Assembly (NCBI GenBank): GCA_030141605.1
Contig: JAQGDQ010000022.1
Location: 1,195,832-1,259,831 of the forward strand
Reading direction: 5' to 3'
DNA from: Tubiluchus corallicola
Taxonomy: Eukaryota > Animalia > Priapulida
DNA length: 64,000 bases
Part shown: positions 1 through 12,400 of the stretch, piece after piece
Position numbering within the stretch: the stretch's first letter is position 1
How the letters are laid out: the number at the start of each line of letters is the position of its first letter
Notes under the pieces: generated by a model
Database searches by the model: none
What the model saw: the letters and a program-made list of their open reading frames with translations, nothing else
Told to the model about the DNA's origin: nothing
Made by a program: the position numbers and the translations under genes

Positions 1-87
1 CTGATGAATTGCCTATACAGACTAATTAATAGGTTTACACTAAGGAATAAACTAACTATAAAAAAATTATGTCAAAGGGAGAAAGTG

Positions 88-124
88 AAGGAGAGAGAGA
101 GAGGGAGAGGGAGAGGGAGAGGGA

Positions 125-167
<43 letters not shown>
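88..167. repeat. (GA)n/(GAGAGG)n polypurine microsatellite in UBR5 intron 2
   Basis: Directly visible; explains the spurious RE/RG-repeat ORF 4..186. Confidence 0.95.
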
Positions 168-169
<2 letters not shown>

Positions 170-190
170 TAAATTTCAAGATGTAAGTAC

Positions 191-3100
191 CTCAAGCAAG
201 AGCGCTATATGAGCTGGTCCAATGACGCACTGCGAAACAGAAATACCCTGCAGTTTGCTAAAAACTGCTGGTGCAGTGTAACCGTGCTTGCTGATCTTTT
301 CTGACACATCATGCAGCCTAAAAGAAATATGATACCAAACAATTAAAATTTCCTTGAGTTTAACGAAAACCAATCATTAAATTACTTTAGTAATGCAAAT
401 TTATGCGACAGCTACAACAGTAACATAAAATGAAATAACCTAGAGAGGCACGCTTTTTGTATGTCTTAAATACGAAATGTCTTAAATACATAATTAATTA
501 ATAAACACAACAATCTGTGTTATACAATTATTTATTATTCACTGAGCAGATAATCTTATCACCTACAGTTATTTTATTATATACATGACATTTATTATAT
601 ACATGATACTTTTTATTATACATGACTGAGCACTCTACTAGAAATCAATTGTTCATTTCAGCATTGTCCTCATGCCATCCTCAGGAGAAAAATGTTTAAG
701 CTCTAAATACAAAATTCTTCATTATTGTTAATTGCATTATTATAGTAATAGTAATAGTAGTACTAAATTTATTTAGCTTCATAAAATTAATACAGTAGCT
801 AAGAAGTTAGTGTATGTTATACAGATAAATATGAACAGAGGTGATGAAGATCCGTACGGTCACCCAGTCAATCACCTCTAATTAGATGTTAGTAACATTA
901 ACATTGTGCTAGTGGCAATTAATCAAGGTCATAATTACATTAATTCATAAACGTACATTACCTACACGCATACTTATTTATACATACACTGTAAATGAGA
1001 TTAGACAATTGAATGATAATGATAAGAATGAGAAAATAATAGTCTTAGCAAAAATTTGTGGGGGTGATTAACGATATTAGGGAAATGACAATTAAGAATG
1101 AAATGCCAAAATCTTAAATCAAAGACTATAGGGACGGAGTTAATTTGAAGTACTTAAATAACTTTAAGGATTTTTGAGTAAACTGAATAGGTAAAGAACA
1201 AATTTAACATAAAGAAAATGATGTTAAGTAATTGTAAGTTATTAACTATATTCATGACTGAAGTAATTCTTTTCTATATTTTAATATTAGTGTTGTAATG
1301 GATGTAGAGAGTTTTATACATGGCTTAGGGAGTTCCATAAAATAGTTACACGATGTTGTATTATGTGGAAACCTTGATTAGTATGGAATATTTGCTGACA
1401 TGAATTACTGGGGCCCTAGTGCTGAAATTATGAACATCAGATATTTTCGTAAAATAGTTGCTATATAAATAGGGAAATTATACATGAATATGGTCATTTC
1501 TAATTTATAGATATCCTTTAGTTTCAGATATATGAGGAGTAAAACATTACATTACATTTAGCATTTAACATTTAAACATTTTTCTGCTGAGAGTGGCATG
1601 GAGACAACGCTGAAACGTAGATCTGATTTCTACTTGAGTGCTCATGTACAATAACAGGATCATGTTTTCAGCTGATCTTGCAGCCATTTTGAAGCTATTA
1701 TGAAGAAAAGTAATAGTTGAGACAAGATGAAACTTCTTACTTAAAGTTTTTAAATATAACTTTACATGATATACTACAACTTTGACAATAACGTAAAAAT
1801 AAAAAGAAGTGTAAAGAAAGAACAGCCGACATAAAGCTTGTCATTCATTTTCTAAAAAACTTTAAACCACAATGCGCAGTGGTTTGAAAATTTTTACTGT
1901 CGATTTATTTATTATGCAGACATATTTAAAAAAATTGTAAAATATTCAAATCTACACCAATTGATCCAAAAATTATCAGGTTACAAGCTTGAACCATGCC
2001 CAACCGCTGTGCAAAGGTATCAACTTCCAGATTACTCCAAGACCAGAAAAATGGCAACAGATCGAACAGACAGACAGACAGATGGAACCGGCAATTCTAT
2101 AACTGCCCGCTTTGTTGGAGCAACTATAAAAACTTTTTTTAGTCTACATATAACTTATACTACAATCATTTTATTTGTTTAAGGTGTCACTAATATCCTC
2201 ACAGCATTAACACTTTTTTACTATTGCCAGTCCTTGTGATTAATGAAACTATCAAATATCACAATTAGTGAAGGGCGATTATTAGAATAAGCACATTAAT
2301 CCCGATTACAACCATGTATTTAAGTCGATATAATCGGCGAGTGAACAGTAATTCGATTAAATGATATTGATCCAGAGCAAAATATACGTGTTACACACTG
2401 ATAAAAGGCAGTGTTTCAGCACAAATAAATGGAATCTTTAAATTATTTCCCGCCTTACACAATGTGTTGCAAACTTGGGTCTTCAAATTCATTGGCACAT
2501 AACGCGTGTAGTGACATAATCATAGAGTAGTTAGTGATAATGATGTGTATGTTTGTAAAATAGTTTGTGAGTACAAAAATGACAGACAGCCACAAAAGCT
2601 GTGAAGAAATTATAGGCTATATTTCACTGCAATCATTGATAAATATGGTTAAAACTCTAAAAAATCACTGCAAAAGATTAATCGTGATATCAAATTACAA
2701 GAACAAGATTCTAATCGAATTACAAAATTTCAAAATCTCCCATCACTAATCAGAATTTTGAAGACAACACAAATGGATATTAAATTATTATAACTTTATT
2801 TGAGCTGGTTCACAGATGATAACTGAATCAGACTTATTGAATGGTTCAGATGAATTGAATCAGAACTCTTTGAACATACGTGAATTTAACACTGAACAAA
2901 CATGGTCATGATGGATAAACTCAGAGTTATAATGCTACAGAAGTTCATAAAATCATCATGAACTAGTACAGTACTAAGTAACGTTTGCGCTTTTTCCACA
3001 ATTAATATTGCTATTACTTATTACTAATATCCAAGTTTTTGCGCAAATTGAAATAATGTTTAACTTTATACGTTTAACTCCAAAAAAATACTATATATCA

Positions 3101-3291
3101 ATGACTAAAGAAATTATAAAATTTCAAATTTTGTACAAGTTAAGCCTGCAATCCCCAATTATACTACGATTTTCACAATAAATTATATCATTATATGACC
3201 TGTGATTTAATAAAGTGTTTCCAAACTACCTTTCGTTCAATTGCTCTTCTGATCCAGGAAGTGGGTGAACAATAAAATGAAGATGTGACAT
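191..3291 (-). CDS. UBR5: E3 ubiquitin-protein ligase UBR5/EDD/hyd, first two coding exons (gene continues beyond left edge)
   Basis: Exon 1 3291-3230 (ATG, MSHLHFIVHPLPGSEEQLNE-R, donor GTAGTT). Exon 2 317-191 (acceptor TTTTAG, RLHDVSEKISKHGYTAPAVFSKLQGISVSQCVIGPAHIALLLE, donor GTACTT). Phases join (2+1). Matches the recalled human UBR5 N-terminus [29 protein letters not shown]...QCVVGPNHAAFLLE. Confidence 0.93.
571..625. repeat. Short imperfect tandem repeat, about 3 copies of TTTATTATATACATGA
   Basis: Directly visible. Confidence 0.7.
1935..2131 (+). mobile_element. 3' part of Helentron/DINE-1-like (HINE) non-autonomous element
   Basis: Core-like sequence, then an (ACAG)n microsatellite (about 2066-2082), a short imperfect terminal stem-loop (TGCCCGCTTTGTTGGAGCA) and CTATAAAA. 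This is the typical DINE-1/HINE architecture. Confidence 0.6.
2266..2748. mobile_element. hAT-family MITE
   Basis: TIRs TAGTGAAGGGCGATT ... AATCTCCCATCACTA; flanking 8-bp TSD ATCACAAT / ATCAGAAT (7/8 match); subterminal TAATCG/CGATTA motifs. Confidence 0.8.
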
Positions 3292-3339
3292 TTTGGATAA
3301 ATTACTGGGAAAACGAACTTATAGATTTTCTTTGATATA

Positions 3340-3420
3340 GTTTTCTCTGTGCCAATTAGTCAAGTTAACTTCGCTAAGACGCCATTTTTATAACTTAGCG
3401 CACGCGCAAAACTGTGACTC
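3340..3420 (-). promoter_or_regulatory. Putative UBR5 promoter/5' region with YY1-like and NRF1-like motifs
   Basis: CGCCATTTT (3380-3388, YY1 consensus) and GCGCACGCGCA (3398-3408, NRF1-like) about 100 bp upstream of the UBR5 ATG. Confidence 0.5.
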
Positions 3421-3574
3421 CTCCTAGAGATGACACTCGTTCACCTCCCACCAAAAGAATGCACTCTGGCAACATAGCTGCAGCAAATAAAGCCCACAGT
3501 ACAGGCTTGTGTGAGTTCGTAATTAGCATGTTTTTTTCCTGTTTTATTCCCACTAAATTATGTAATTGTTCAAA

Positions 3575-5224
3575 ATCACTCCCTGCTCAAAAACAATCAA
3601 TCGAGTGTATCAAAATCCTTGGCAAAATCAAAATAAACAATATCAACAGAACTTCCTTGATCGAGGTGACATCATCGAAAAACTTATCAATATGGTCAAG
3701 CAAGAACAGCCTTTAGTGGATCCATGTTGGGAGTCAAATAATAATTTATTATTTTCTAAATGATCAATGATATAACTCTCCAAGATAGATTCCATGACTT
3801 TTCATGCTAATGAAGTTAATGAAATAGGCCGATAATTACCAGGATCACTACAAATGCCTTTCTTAAAAATAGGTGTTACATTAGCTAACTTCCAACTATG
3901 AGGTACTTGATGAGTTAACAAACTTTGATTATACAATAAAGTGAATGGCTTTCACAAGGAGCCTGCAAGTTCAATTAATAGTTGAGAACCAAAATTATCA
4001 GAACCAGGTGCTTAACTGAGTTAGTTAACGAATATGATCAACAACCATTTCTTCAGATATCTGTAGTGAAGTAGGCATTTCATTATCTGATCCATAAAAA
4101 TATTATGATGCTCTGGAATTTTATCAACATCTTCTTTAGTAAATATAGATATAAAAAATGTATTAAGAATCTCTGCCACAGATTTTGGATCAAAAGTAAG
4201 ACACCCATTACTATCCTTTAGAGGAGCTATAGCATCTTTAACTAACTTTTTGCTGTTTACATATTTGTAAAAAGACTTGATATCCTGTTTCATGTTATTT
4301 GCTAGGTTCATTTCAAACCTACCAACAGCATTGCCTACAAGAGACTAAACTTCAGATTCAGCTTTCTTATATTTATTAAATGCTGGCAGATACAAGTATC
4401 CCGATACTTCCACAACTTGCTTTTGCTTTAACAACTCTTCTAGTTATCCATAGCTTCTTAAGTTCCAGTTTTCTTTTTTTAGGTTTAAATGCCACATTAA
4501 CTAGAATACATTCATTTAAACATGCCTCAATATTATGACACCAATTGACTTTATTGAAAAAACTTTTCGTAGCACAAAGGTTTGCTCTTATCCAGTCAGG
4601 AACTAAAAACGAAGAACTATTATACTCCCTAGCAAAAGTAATTTAAAAACTAAGAAGAACATGATCACTACTAGTAAACTTACCAACATTCAGAACGTTA
4701 CTAATCATATTCTCATCTGTTGAGAATATCAAATCAAGTATGTTTTTATCTAATGTAACATTCAGAAAATCAGTAGACGATTTAGAATAGGCTGTCAAAT
4801 CATTCCCAATTAATATTAGGAAATCTCCAAATATAATATATTCCTTAGAATCAAGATTGCTTGAAATATTAAAGAGCATAGAATCATTTATTTTATTAGA
4901 ATTAGGAGATCGGTAAACTAACCCAATAACAATATTTCTTTTATTGCCTTGCTGAATTTCAATCCATACAGAATTAGTAAAGTTCTCAGCTTCAATAGGA
5001 AAAATCTGCCGTGCTACAAGTTCAGTACTCACATGTAATACAATACCGCCATCCCTACCATCCAAAGTATCATGACGATCTTGACAAAACGGTTTATGAA
5101 AACCTGATAAACAAAATTCAGATAAATCCATCTTTCCATTGAACCAAGTCTCAGTTACACATAAAATAAGTGGGTTATATACTTTTCTGTCAACAAGAGG
5201 AACCAACTCATGATCTGGTCTCAA
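3575..5224 (-). mobile_element. Decayed CR1-clade LINE ORF2 fragment: APE endonuclease plus N-terminal half of RT
   Basis: ORF 4643-5224 has LCVTETW, GGIVL, GLVYRSP, IFGDF, LDLIFS and SDH motifs. ORF 4021-4311 has KSFYKYVNSKK...AEILNTFF. Downstream frames give WKLANVTPIFKKG, NYRPISLTS, SQHG and VDIVYFDFAKDFD, with frameshifts and stops. Confidence 0.92.
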
Positions 5225-5269
5225 TTATTGTAGGTATTGTGATTTGTGAACAATTAATCTTTGTAATCC

Positions 5270-5296
5270 TTATATATATATATATATATATATATA
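5270..5296. repeat. (TA)n microsatellite
   Basis: Directly visible. Confidence 0.9.
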
Positions 5297-5499
5297 CAAG
5301 CAAAAATGTTCATCATAAGTAATATCAAAAATGTAGGAAAATGTCATTTTTAGACTTGCACAACTTGATTGAAAGTTGTGTTTATACTGTTGATTGTGAC
5401 CGCGTGGGTATCAAATTCGGCTCCCCTTTTTGGAATAATGCTGTTGTAGTGCTTACTAGTGGAACAGTTCAGTCTCGGTCTTCAGTGAAATGACTCAAG

Positions 5500-6149
5500 G
5501 AATAATGATGGTGGTAACAGTGAGGCAGTCACCCACTTCAATCCATGCTTTGGGTCTCTAGAAATGTACCGAATACCCATTTGATAATGAATAATTTACA
5601 GCAATGTGAATAAAACTAAATCAGTTATATAAATTATATTATTGCCTATTGGTATGCTTACTGCGCATAAGTCATGTTTTAGTGCTGTGTAGCAGTGCTT
5701 ATTAAGGTCTTCTATTTTGCACTATCATCGACTTATATATTCACATATTCGGCTCTAACTAAACTGGTGTAGTTAAAGAGCAGAGCAAGTCTACTGAAAA
5801 GAGGAATTTTCAACTTTAATTAAGATTACACTTCGTTTTGCTCCAGCCCACAATTAAGTAGCAGGTATTCTAAATGATTACTTTTATGTTAATAAATTTA
5901 TAATAATTTTAAATAAGAAAATGCAAAATATGTTTGAAAAAAATTTTAACACAAGCTAGTCACGGATGTTTACAAACAAATAAAGTTCGTATAGCTCACG
6001 CCTTCAGTGATTTCCAATAAGCTTTAGTATACGAGCACAAATTTGTGTAGCACCGCTGCCACTGGGAACAGCCATATTACTACCAGGCGATCTCAGTAAA
6101 AGTATCGGTAATCGCGATTACTTGAAATCGACAGTATCGCCCATCATTA
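5500..6149. mobile_element. Degraded hAT-type MITE remnant(s), related to the 2266-2748 family
   Basis: Right end TATCGCCCATCATTA (6135-6149) resembles the TAGTGATGGGCGAT TIR, with CGAT/ATCG subterminal repeats. Left boundary uncertain and no TSD found. Confidence 0.4.
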
Positions 6150-6586
6150 GTGACGACCGTTATCGTCGTCATCGTTCATTGAATCATTATTATGACATGA
6201 TTATGTTCACCTTTTTTATGCCTACTTTCTGCAATAAACCAAGTACTCCTACCTCTAAGGATCAGTGCTGAAGTGTTTGAATCTTTCTGCTCAAAATCTA
6301 AATACGTTAACATCTGTCCTCTTCTGGTTTTCTGGCTGGTTCTCCTAATTTGATAATAACTATCTTCACTGGATTATCATCAGTGGTCATTATCAGGTAG
6401 GCTAAGGATATGTTAAGACAAAATATAATGAAGATAACGGCATTATATCAGCATGTTCAAAACTCACAAAAGTTTTTTAAAACAGGGATATTTCTTTGCA
6501 AATAAATGTTAGAAAATCTCAACTTTATTTGAAACTGTATTTCTGTTTCAAGCAGATAATATTATAGTTCAGTATAATAGAACTTT

Positions 6587-6795
6587 ATGTAATGTAATGC
6601 AATGCAATATAATATGATATGATATGATATGATATGATATGATATGATATGATATGATATGATATGATATGATATGATATGATATGATATGATATGATAT
6701 GATATGATATGATATAATATAATATGTTATGACATGACATGACATGACATGACATAACGTAAAATATCATAATATAATATAATGTAATATAACAT
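6587..6795. repeat. (ATATG)n/(ACATG)n/(ATATA)n pentanucleotide microsatellite
   Basis: Directly visible. Confidence 0.95.
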
Positions 6796-7642
6796 AATAA
6801 TAAGAATATTTCTCCATATAATTTTATATGTAGATAATATTAAACACAAAATAAGTAATATCATAATAGGCATTATGTATAAGCTCAGCAAAATCACTAG
6901 CCTACAAACGCTCATAAAATTTTTTTTACAGTCTAGCCTATCTATACTTACTTTATGGTATTATATCGTGGGGTGGAATTTACAGTTCTAACTCAGCTCA
7001 GCTCCAAAGAATTTAAAATAAAATTCTTAAAGTAATCCATTCATTTCCTTACGATCATGAAACTAACGTAATATATATACAGGCTTACACTTTTAAGATT
7101 AAAGAAATAATATTGTATGACTTGTACTCGCTTAAAATGCTTATTTACAAAATTTATTATAAATTAAATGAAATTATTACTTACAGCATTTTCTGAAAAT
7201 TTTACTCTAGTTCTCCATACTCATGATCATTATATCAGAACTGCGTCTATTAATAATTATGATAAGTCACAGCACTCGACTAATATTTTTGAGCAAACAA
7301 TTAAAAATAATGTGGTAATATTTTGGTTGAATGTTGCGGAAGAATTTAAATTTAATTTAAGTAAGTTAAAAAACTAGTTGACAATGTTTCTGATGTGGTC
7401 AGAAACTGAAGATTTTGCAACAATGGTTATAAAATTGGGTCTTAAAAATGAAGAGACGACTGCCTTTTTTGAAAGCGCTTATTTTTTTATTGAGTTGCTT
7501 GAATACAAGGAAAGTGTATTTCACAGTGAAACCTCAGCATTTAATTGTTCAGCCCATCACCAACGGGTCAAATGTCAACAATTTTGGCATGATAACTTAT
7601 ATCATTCAGTTTGTCTCATCGAGGCCTTTCATTTCATGTGCT

Positions 7643-8310
7643 ACAAGGTACCATTGTTCAACACTAGGTGCACTTCTATTCCCGACCCTCGTTTTTCGGT
7701 TTTTGCCCCCTAGCGGAAAATTTGGATATACGCGCACGTGTCATATTTTGTCACGTGCAAGGCCACGTCAACACCTAGCAACATACCAAATATTGTGACC
7801 CAAGCTCAAAAACTGCGGGAGCAGGTGGATTATGAAGCAGAATAAATGAAGACCCGTCCACTCCGTGACCTTTGACCCGGCAACTCCGGCCACATGTTTA
7901 CGTAGATAACTTTGCCCAGAGAATGTACCCTATGAGTTTTGTGTCCCTAGCTCTCAGCATGTAAAAGGTCACCAATTGGGGGACCACAAATTTTGCATTT
8001 TGGCCCCTCCCACCGGCGTTTAAAACTTGCCAGCTTTTTAAAACCCCAGGTGCATATCTGCCCCACAGTACGCAAATACTTGTGGAAAAAAATTGGAAAA
8101 AAAACGAAATTCTAAAGGAAAAACTGACCAACGCCCACTGTCCTTCCCCCTTTAGCCAGTGGTCAGCGGTTGCTATGCAATTGTACGTGTCCCGCCCAGG
8201 GCTACCAACCCAGTGTGTTTGGTGACCCTAGCTTGCAAGGCTTACGAGTTATTAAGCGTTAAAGTGGCGGAGCATAAATAATAATAACTCAATGAAAAAC
8301 AGTATGGCAA
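7643..8310 (+). mobile_element. GC-richer non-autonomous interspersed element, Helentron/HINE-like
   Basis: Sharp GC step versus flanks. Starts ACAAGG, contains TGACCTTTGACC and repeated GTGACCC(A/T)AGCT core motifs, and ends in (AAT)n...AAAAACAGTATGG. Family assignment is by resemblance only. Confidence 0.6.
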
Positions 8311-8741
8311 AATCTTAATTAATTAAACATGCTCTGTTTTATCGTTACTGTACCTAGGAAATTGCTACACAGTCTCACCCAATGTTCTACCCAATCAATG
8401 TGTTCTAGATGCATCTGCTCTATGAATTATTGTTACTACCATTGAATTGTTTTACGAGATTTTCAATTGCTCAAGTATTTACTTATTGTTAAGCCATGGT
8501 GATGCGTAGTTGTACACTAAATTTTCACAGGTTTACCGAAATTTGTATATAATTATGGTTTTCAACTAAATTTATATACATGTAGTCGTAGAATGACATT
8601 GTCATTTATGGCGGCCACCTGTAGGAGGAAGACTGTAAAGCACTTGCTCCTTCTTCCTCTTTACAACAACCTTATTAATTTTAATTATTATTATTATTAT
8701 ATAGTTGTATCCGTTGTACTGATTGTTGTAAAATAAATTTA

Positions 8742-8961
8742 TTCTGTCCTACTCTATTTGCTCTGTTCTATTCTATTCTATTCTATTCTATTCTATTCTA
8801 TTCTATTCTATTCTATTCTATTCTATTCTATTCTATTCTATTCTATTCTGTTCTGTTCTGTTCTGTTCTGTTCTGTTCTGTTCTGTTCTGTCCTGTTCTA
8901 TTCTGTTCTGTTCTGTTCTATTCTATTCTATTCTATTCTATTCTATTCTATTCTATTCTAT
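8742..8961. repeat. (CTATT)n/(CTGTT)n pentanucleotide microsatellite, probably the tail of a LINE 3' end
   Basis: Directly visible; immediately preceded by AATAAA (8732-8737). Confidence 0.95.
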
Positions 8962-9179
8962 CATGCATGTGTAAATGTTCGAGCTCTGGGCATTAAATGC
9001 AAAAATTAATAATTATAAAGCCGAAATTACAGAAACATTTTGGTTATCAGGTGCCCAAAGAAAAGTTCATATAAAGACCTGTATGAAAAAATAAAAGAGG
9101 AACTTGGGTAAGAATATGGTCAACAAAATAATGTTAACGTGCTGGGACGTAGAGTACCTATTATGTAGACAGGGATTTA

Positions 9180-9435
9180 GGCTTCTACTGGGACTTGGAG
9201 CAAGGCGGCACCTGCCGGGAGAAAGACTGAAGAGGCACGTGACGTTAACGAGTAGGCGGGATGAATGGCGTCAATGAGCCGTTGTGGTGTGTATGTGCAG
9301 AGGCGGGTTCCGTTGCATTTTAATATTGGAGTTTAGCAATAACTGTTTAGTTAATTTCTTGAATTAAATTTGATTTTCTCCCAAAAGTGATCAGCTTGAA
9401 ATTTTTAAATTTGTCATAGCTAAGCAAATATAAAG
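9180..9435 (+). promoter_or_regulatory. PNP promoter/5' UTR: CpG-rich with E-box and GC-box-like motifs
   Basis: GGCACGTGAC at 9234-9243, two AGGCGGG motifs, and a local GC/CpG rise immediately upstream of the ATG at 9436. Confidence 0.6.
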
Positions 9436-12400
9436 ATGGAAAAAGTGCTGCATACTTCTAGGTGAGTACTTAAATGTAGTTGTAGGTTCCTGCTACTGTA
9501 CTAGTACTGTATTGGCTCTAGTTTTAGTTTTGCTAAACGTTGCTAAAGCACGCAGGTAAATCTTCAAAGCTCCGTTTTCAGTTTCAAAATACTCCACTGT
9601 CTGTGGCACGCTCATTAGCATAACTTCATTGTAATAATTATGACGCTTTTGAATCCAGATTTTTGGCAATTTCCCATCTCACCCATTTAACCAGGATATT
9701 TTGTGTAACTCTTTTGCCTAGGCATAAAATGTAATAAAAACTTTTGGATTGCATCTTAAAATAAAAATAATATTAATAAGTTTATCCGATATTAAGTTAA
9801 TTTTAACGATTTTGCATAAACAAAAAAGGCCTGTGTAAATAACTAATCTTTTTACACTTTATGGTAGATTTAAATGCTTTAGCCTTGCCAGGGTAGCTTA
9901 TAGCTTATGCCTAAATTTTTATAATATTTCAAGCTTACTGTCCTTCATCTGTGACACAGGGCAGATTTTATAAAAATTTTTGTATCGTTACTATTAAGGG
10001 AAAACTGGACTCCATCTTGAACTATAGCTCAAAACAATATACCCTATAAAATATTGAAAGATTGTTAAAGAATTACTTCCACAGAATGGTAATTGCACGT
10101 TTGTGAGGCTATTTGCTAGTTAGATGGGTACTAGTGTCTGCATCTGGAAACACGTTATCCAAAAAACAGGTGTGGTACCACCTTGTTCAGACGTGCTCAC
10201 TTGTGATGTAGTGCACACGTTCGAGAGCTCATGCGTGAGCACAGCGGTAAATTTAAAATTTGAATTTTTAAGTTAAAATTTGCCGAGTTTTTATATATCA
10301 CTCTTTATGTTGTACAGTTGAGCTGTACTTCAGTTTTCGCATTTCAGTCACGTGCAACGCACTCGTGGAATGTTTGTGCTATTGAAAATAATTAAGTTTT
10401 AACCTATTATGTAATTACCAGAAACATTTTGCCATTATTATAGGTCTTAAAATGTACACTTTACCGTACTTCAAAATGCGATAGGATATATTGAAAACCA
10501 GCCTGTTTTCTTTTAACCCGATTTCCAGACGGCAAACAGGCACACCTATACATAGAACCAATCAAAATGATTCTTTATATGGGTGTGTGAAATACCGCTT
10601 TTGGCACAGTATGAGTAACTGTTCTAACAACATTATGAGACTGTATGTAGCAGACACTGCCTTTCAGACAGTAATTTTCATTGGTTTACTGTGGAGGTGT
10701 GTGCTGTGCCGTGTTTGCCGCTATCGCTTCCGATTGCCCATCCTAAATTTTATATGATTCCACGAAAGCCTTGATTTAGACATTTTATGACTCAGCTTAT
10801 GAAACGCGGTTTCATTTAAAACACGCTTTAATTAATTTTATGTAAGCGTCTGTATTCTATACCATTTTGCAAAATGTTCAAGGAAATTTTTAATTTTTTG
10901 CGTTCCCATCACATTTTATTGAGTTTCGCGCCGGCTGTGTGTATTGCCAGCATGCACTACCGTTTGTGCATATGGTGATGTAGCAATCCATGCGTACTGT
11001 ACTTTGGTGACTTGCCAAAATTCTAGTGTAGTATGCCGCTGAGTCTGCCGATTTAGTATTGAGCGGCTGACGAAATACTCGGCGCTCGAGGTCAGTAAGG
11101 ACACGCGATTATTTAATGATGGAATGTACCCCGGAATGTCATAAAAGGCCTTGTGTCTTGAAACCATTTATTTGCCAGTTAAACTAGCTAAGTTGTCAAC
11201 TTGTTAAGTAAATAAAGACTGTTCGTCGTAAACCGAACTGAGAAATTTGTAAAATATTACAGTAAAGCCTTCAAAATAAACGCGACAAGCCTGCTAAATT
11301 ACTGTCGTAATGTCATTAAAACATTAGTTGTCGTGTTATGATTTTTTTTCAAAAATTACGTTTTACACAAATTTCTTTATGAGTTGGCTCAGCTTCTTGT
11401 TAAATTTCCCCTTGAAATTACTTATTTTTCTTACAATTCTACTACAAACTATAGCTACAAGCGATAAAATTCGCGTACTTAAATAAATTTACCATATAAA
11501 TACATATTTACATAATATAATGATGTGAATAACAAAACTAACAACGCAAGTACTATAATAGCATTATAGGCTATAATATAACTTGCTAACTTAATTAGTA
11601 TAATGTGACGTAATAACAACATTATATAACATGGCGCTAATGAGTGAGCGCTAAGTCTTTATGACATGGCACGTGTACTATCGTAACGACTTAACTTCTA
11701 AACCCTAAATTAATTTCCGCAAATGATTTGCACAGGACTATTTCAGCTTTGATTAATTATTGAAAATGTATAATAATTGGTAAGATATAAAGATAATTTA
11801 AGTCTAGTAGCTCTTGTAACTAGCTAAATCCTCCCTGATTATTGAACTGCAAGAGTTCTTGGCAGCAGTAGACCAGCTATTCGTAATAACATTCCGTTAT
11901 TTAACAGTAAAAACATTTGAACAAAAATATATATAACTAAAGAATGATTATTTTTCAAAATTAACTTTCAATAGTACATTGACTTAAACCACATATCCGT
12001 TTTAGTTTTCTTACACACTACCCAAAACTGAATGATTACGATATTATTATTCATATATTATACATATACTGTTGTAATTTAATCACCTAAATAGATTGTA
12101 ATTTACAATGGCTTTTGAGTGAAAGCAATTTATAAGACAACGGCACGGGAAGCATGCACGTAAAATGTATCCACAAAAGCAAATACTGTAATAATGTATA
12201 ATGTATGTTACTATCTGTAGTCTGAATTTTAACATTAACAATATTTTTGTGAGCCTTAGTACTTGGAAATGTGCCAAGAGTTCTTCAGGTCAAACATTCG
12301 TTGATCCGTGAGGTGCAAACAATGCTTGTAATCAGAGCCATGCTGGTGCTAATGTTCTCTGGTTGTTTTTTCTGCCACCAACAGAGCACTCCTAGTCTTA

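Noticed and set aside
6190-6400. Possible CR1 ORF1 relic on the minus strand (IIKLGEPARKPEEDR)
   Set aside because: Too short and degenerate to support.
4-9009. ORFs 4..186, 6585..6770 and 8758..9009 with RE, ISYHI and LFYSI repeats
   Set aside because: These are translations of microsatellites.
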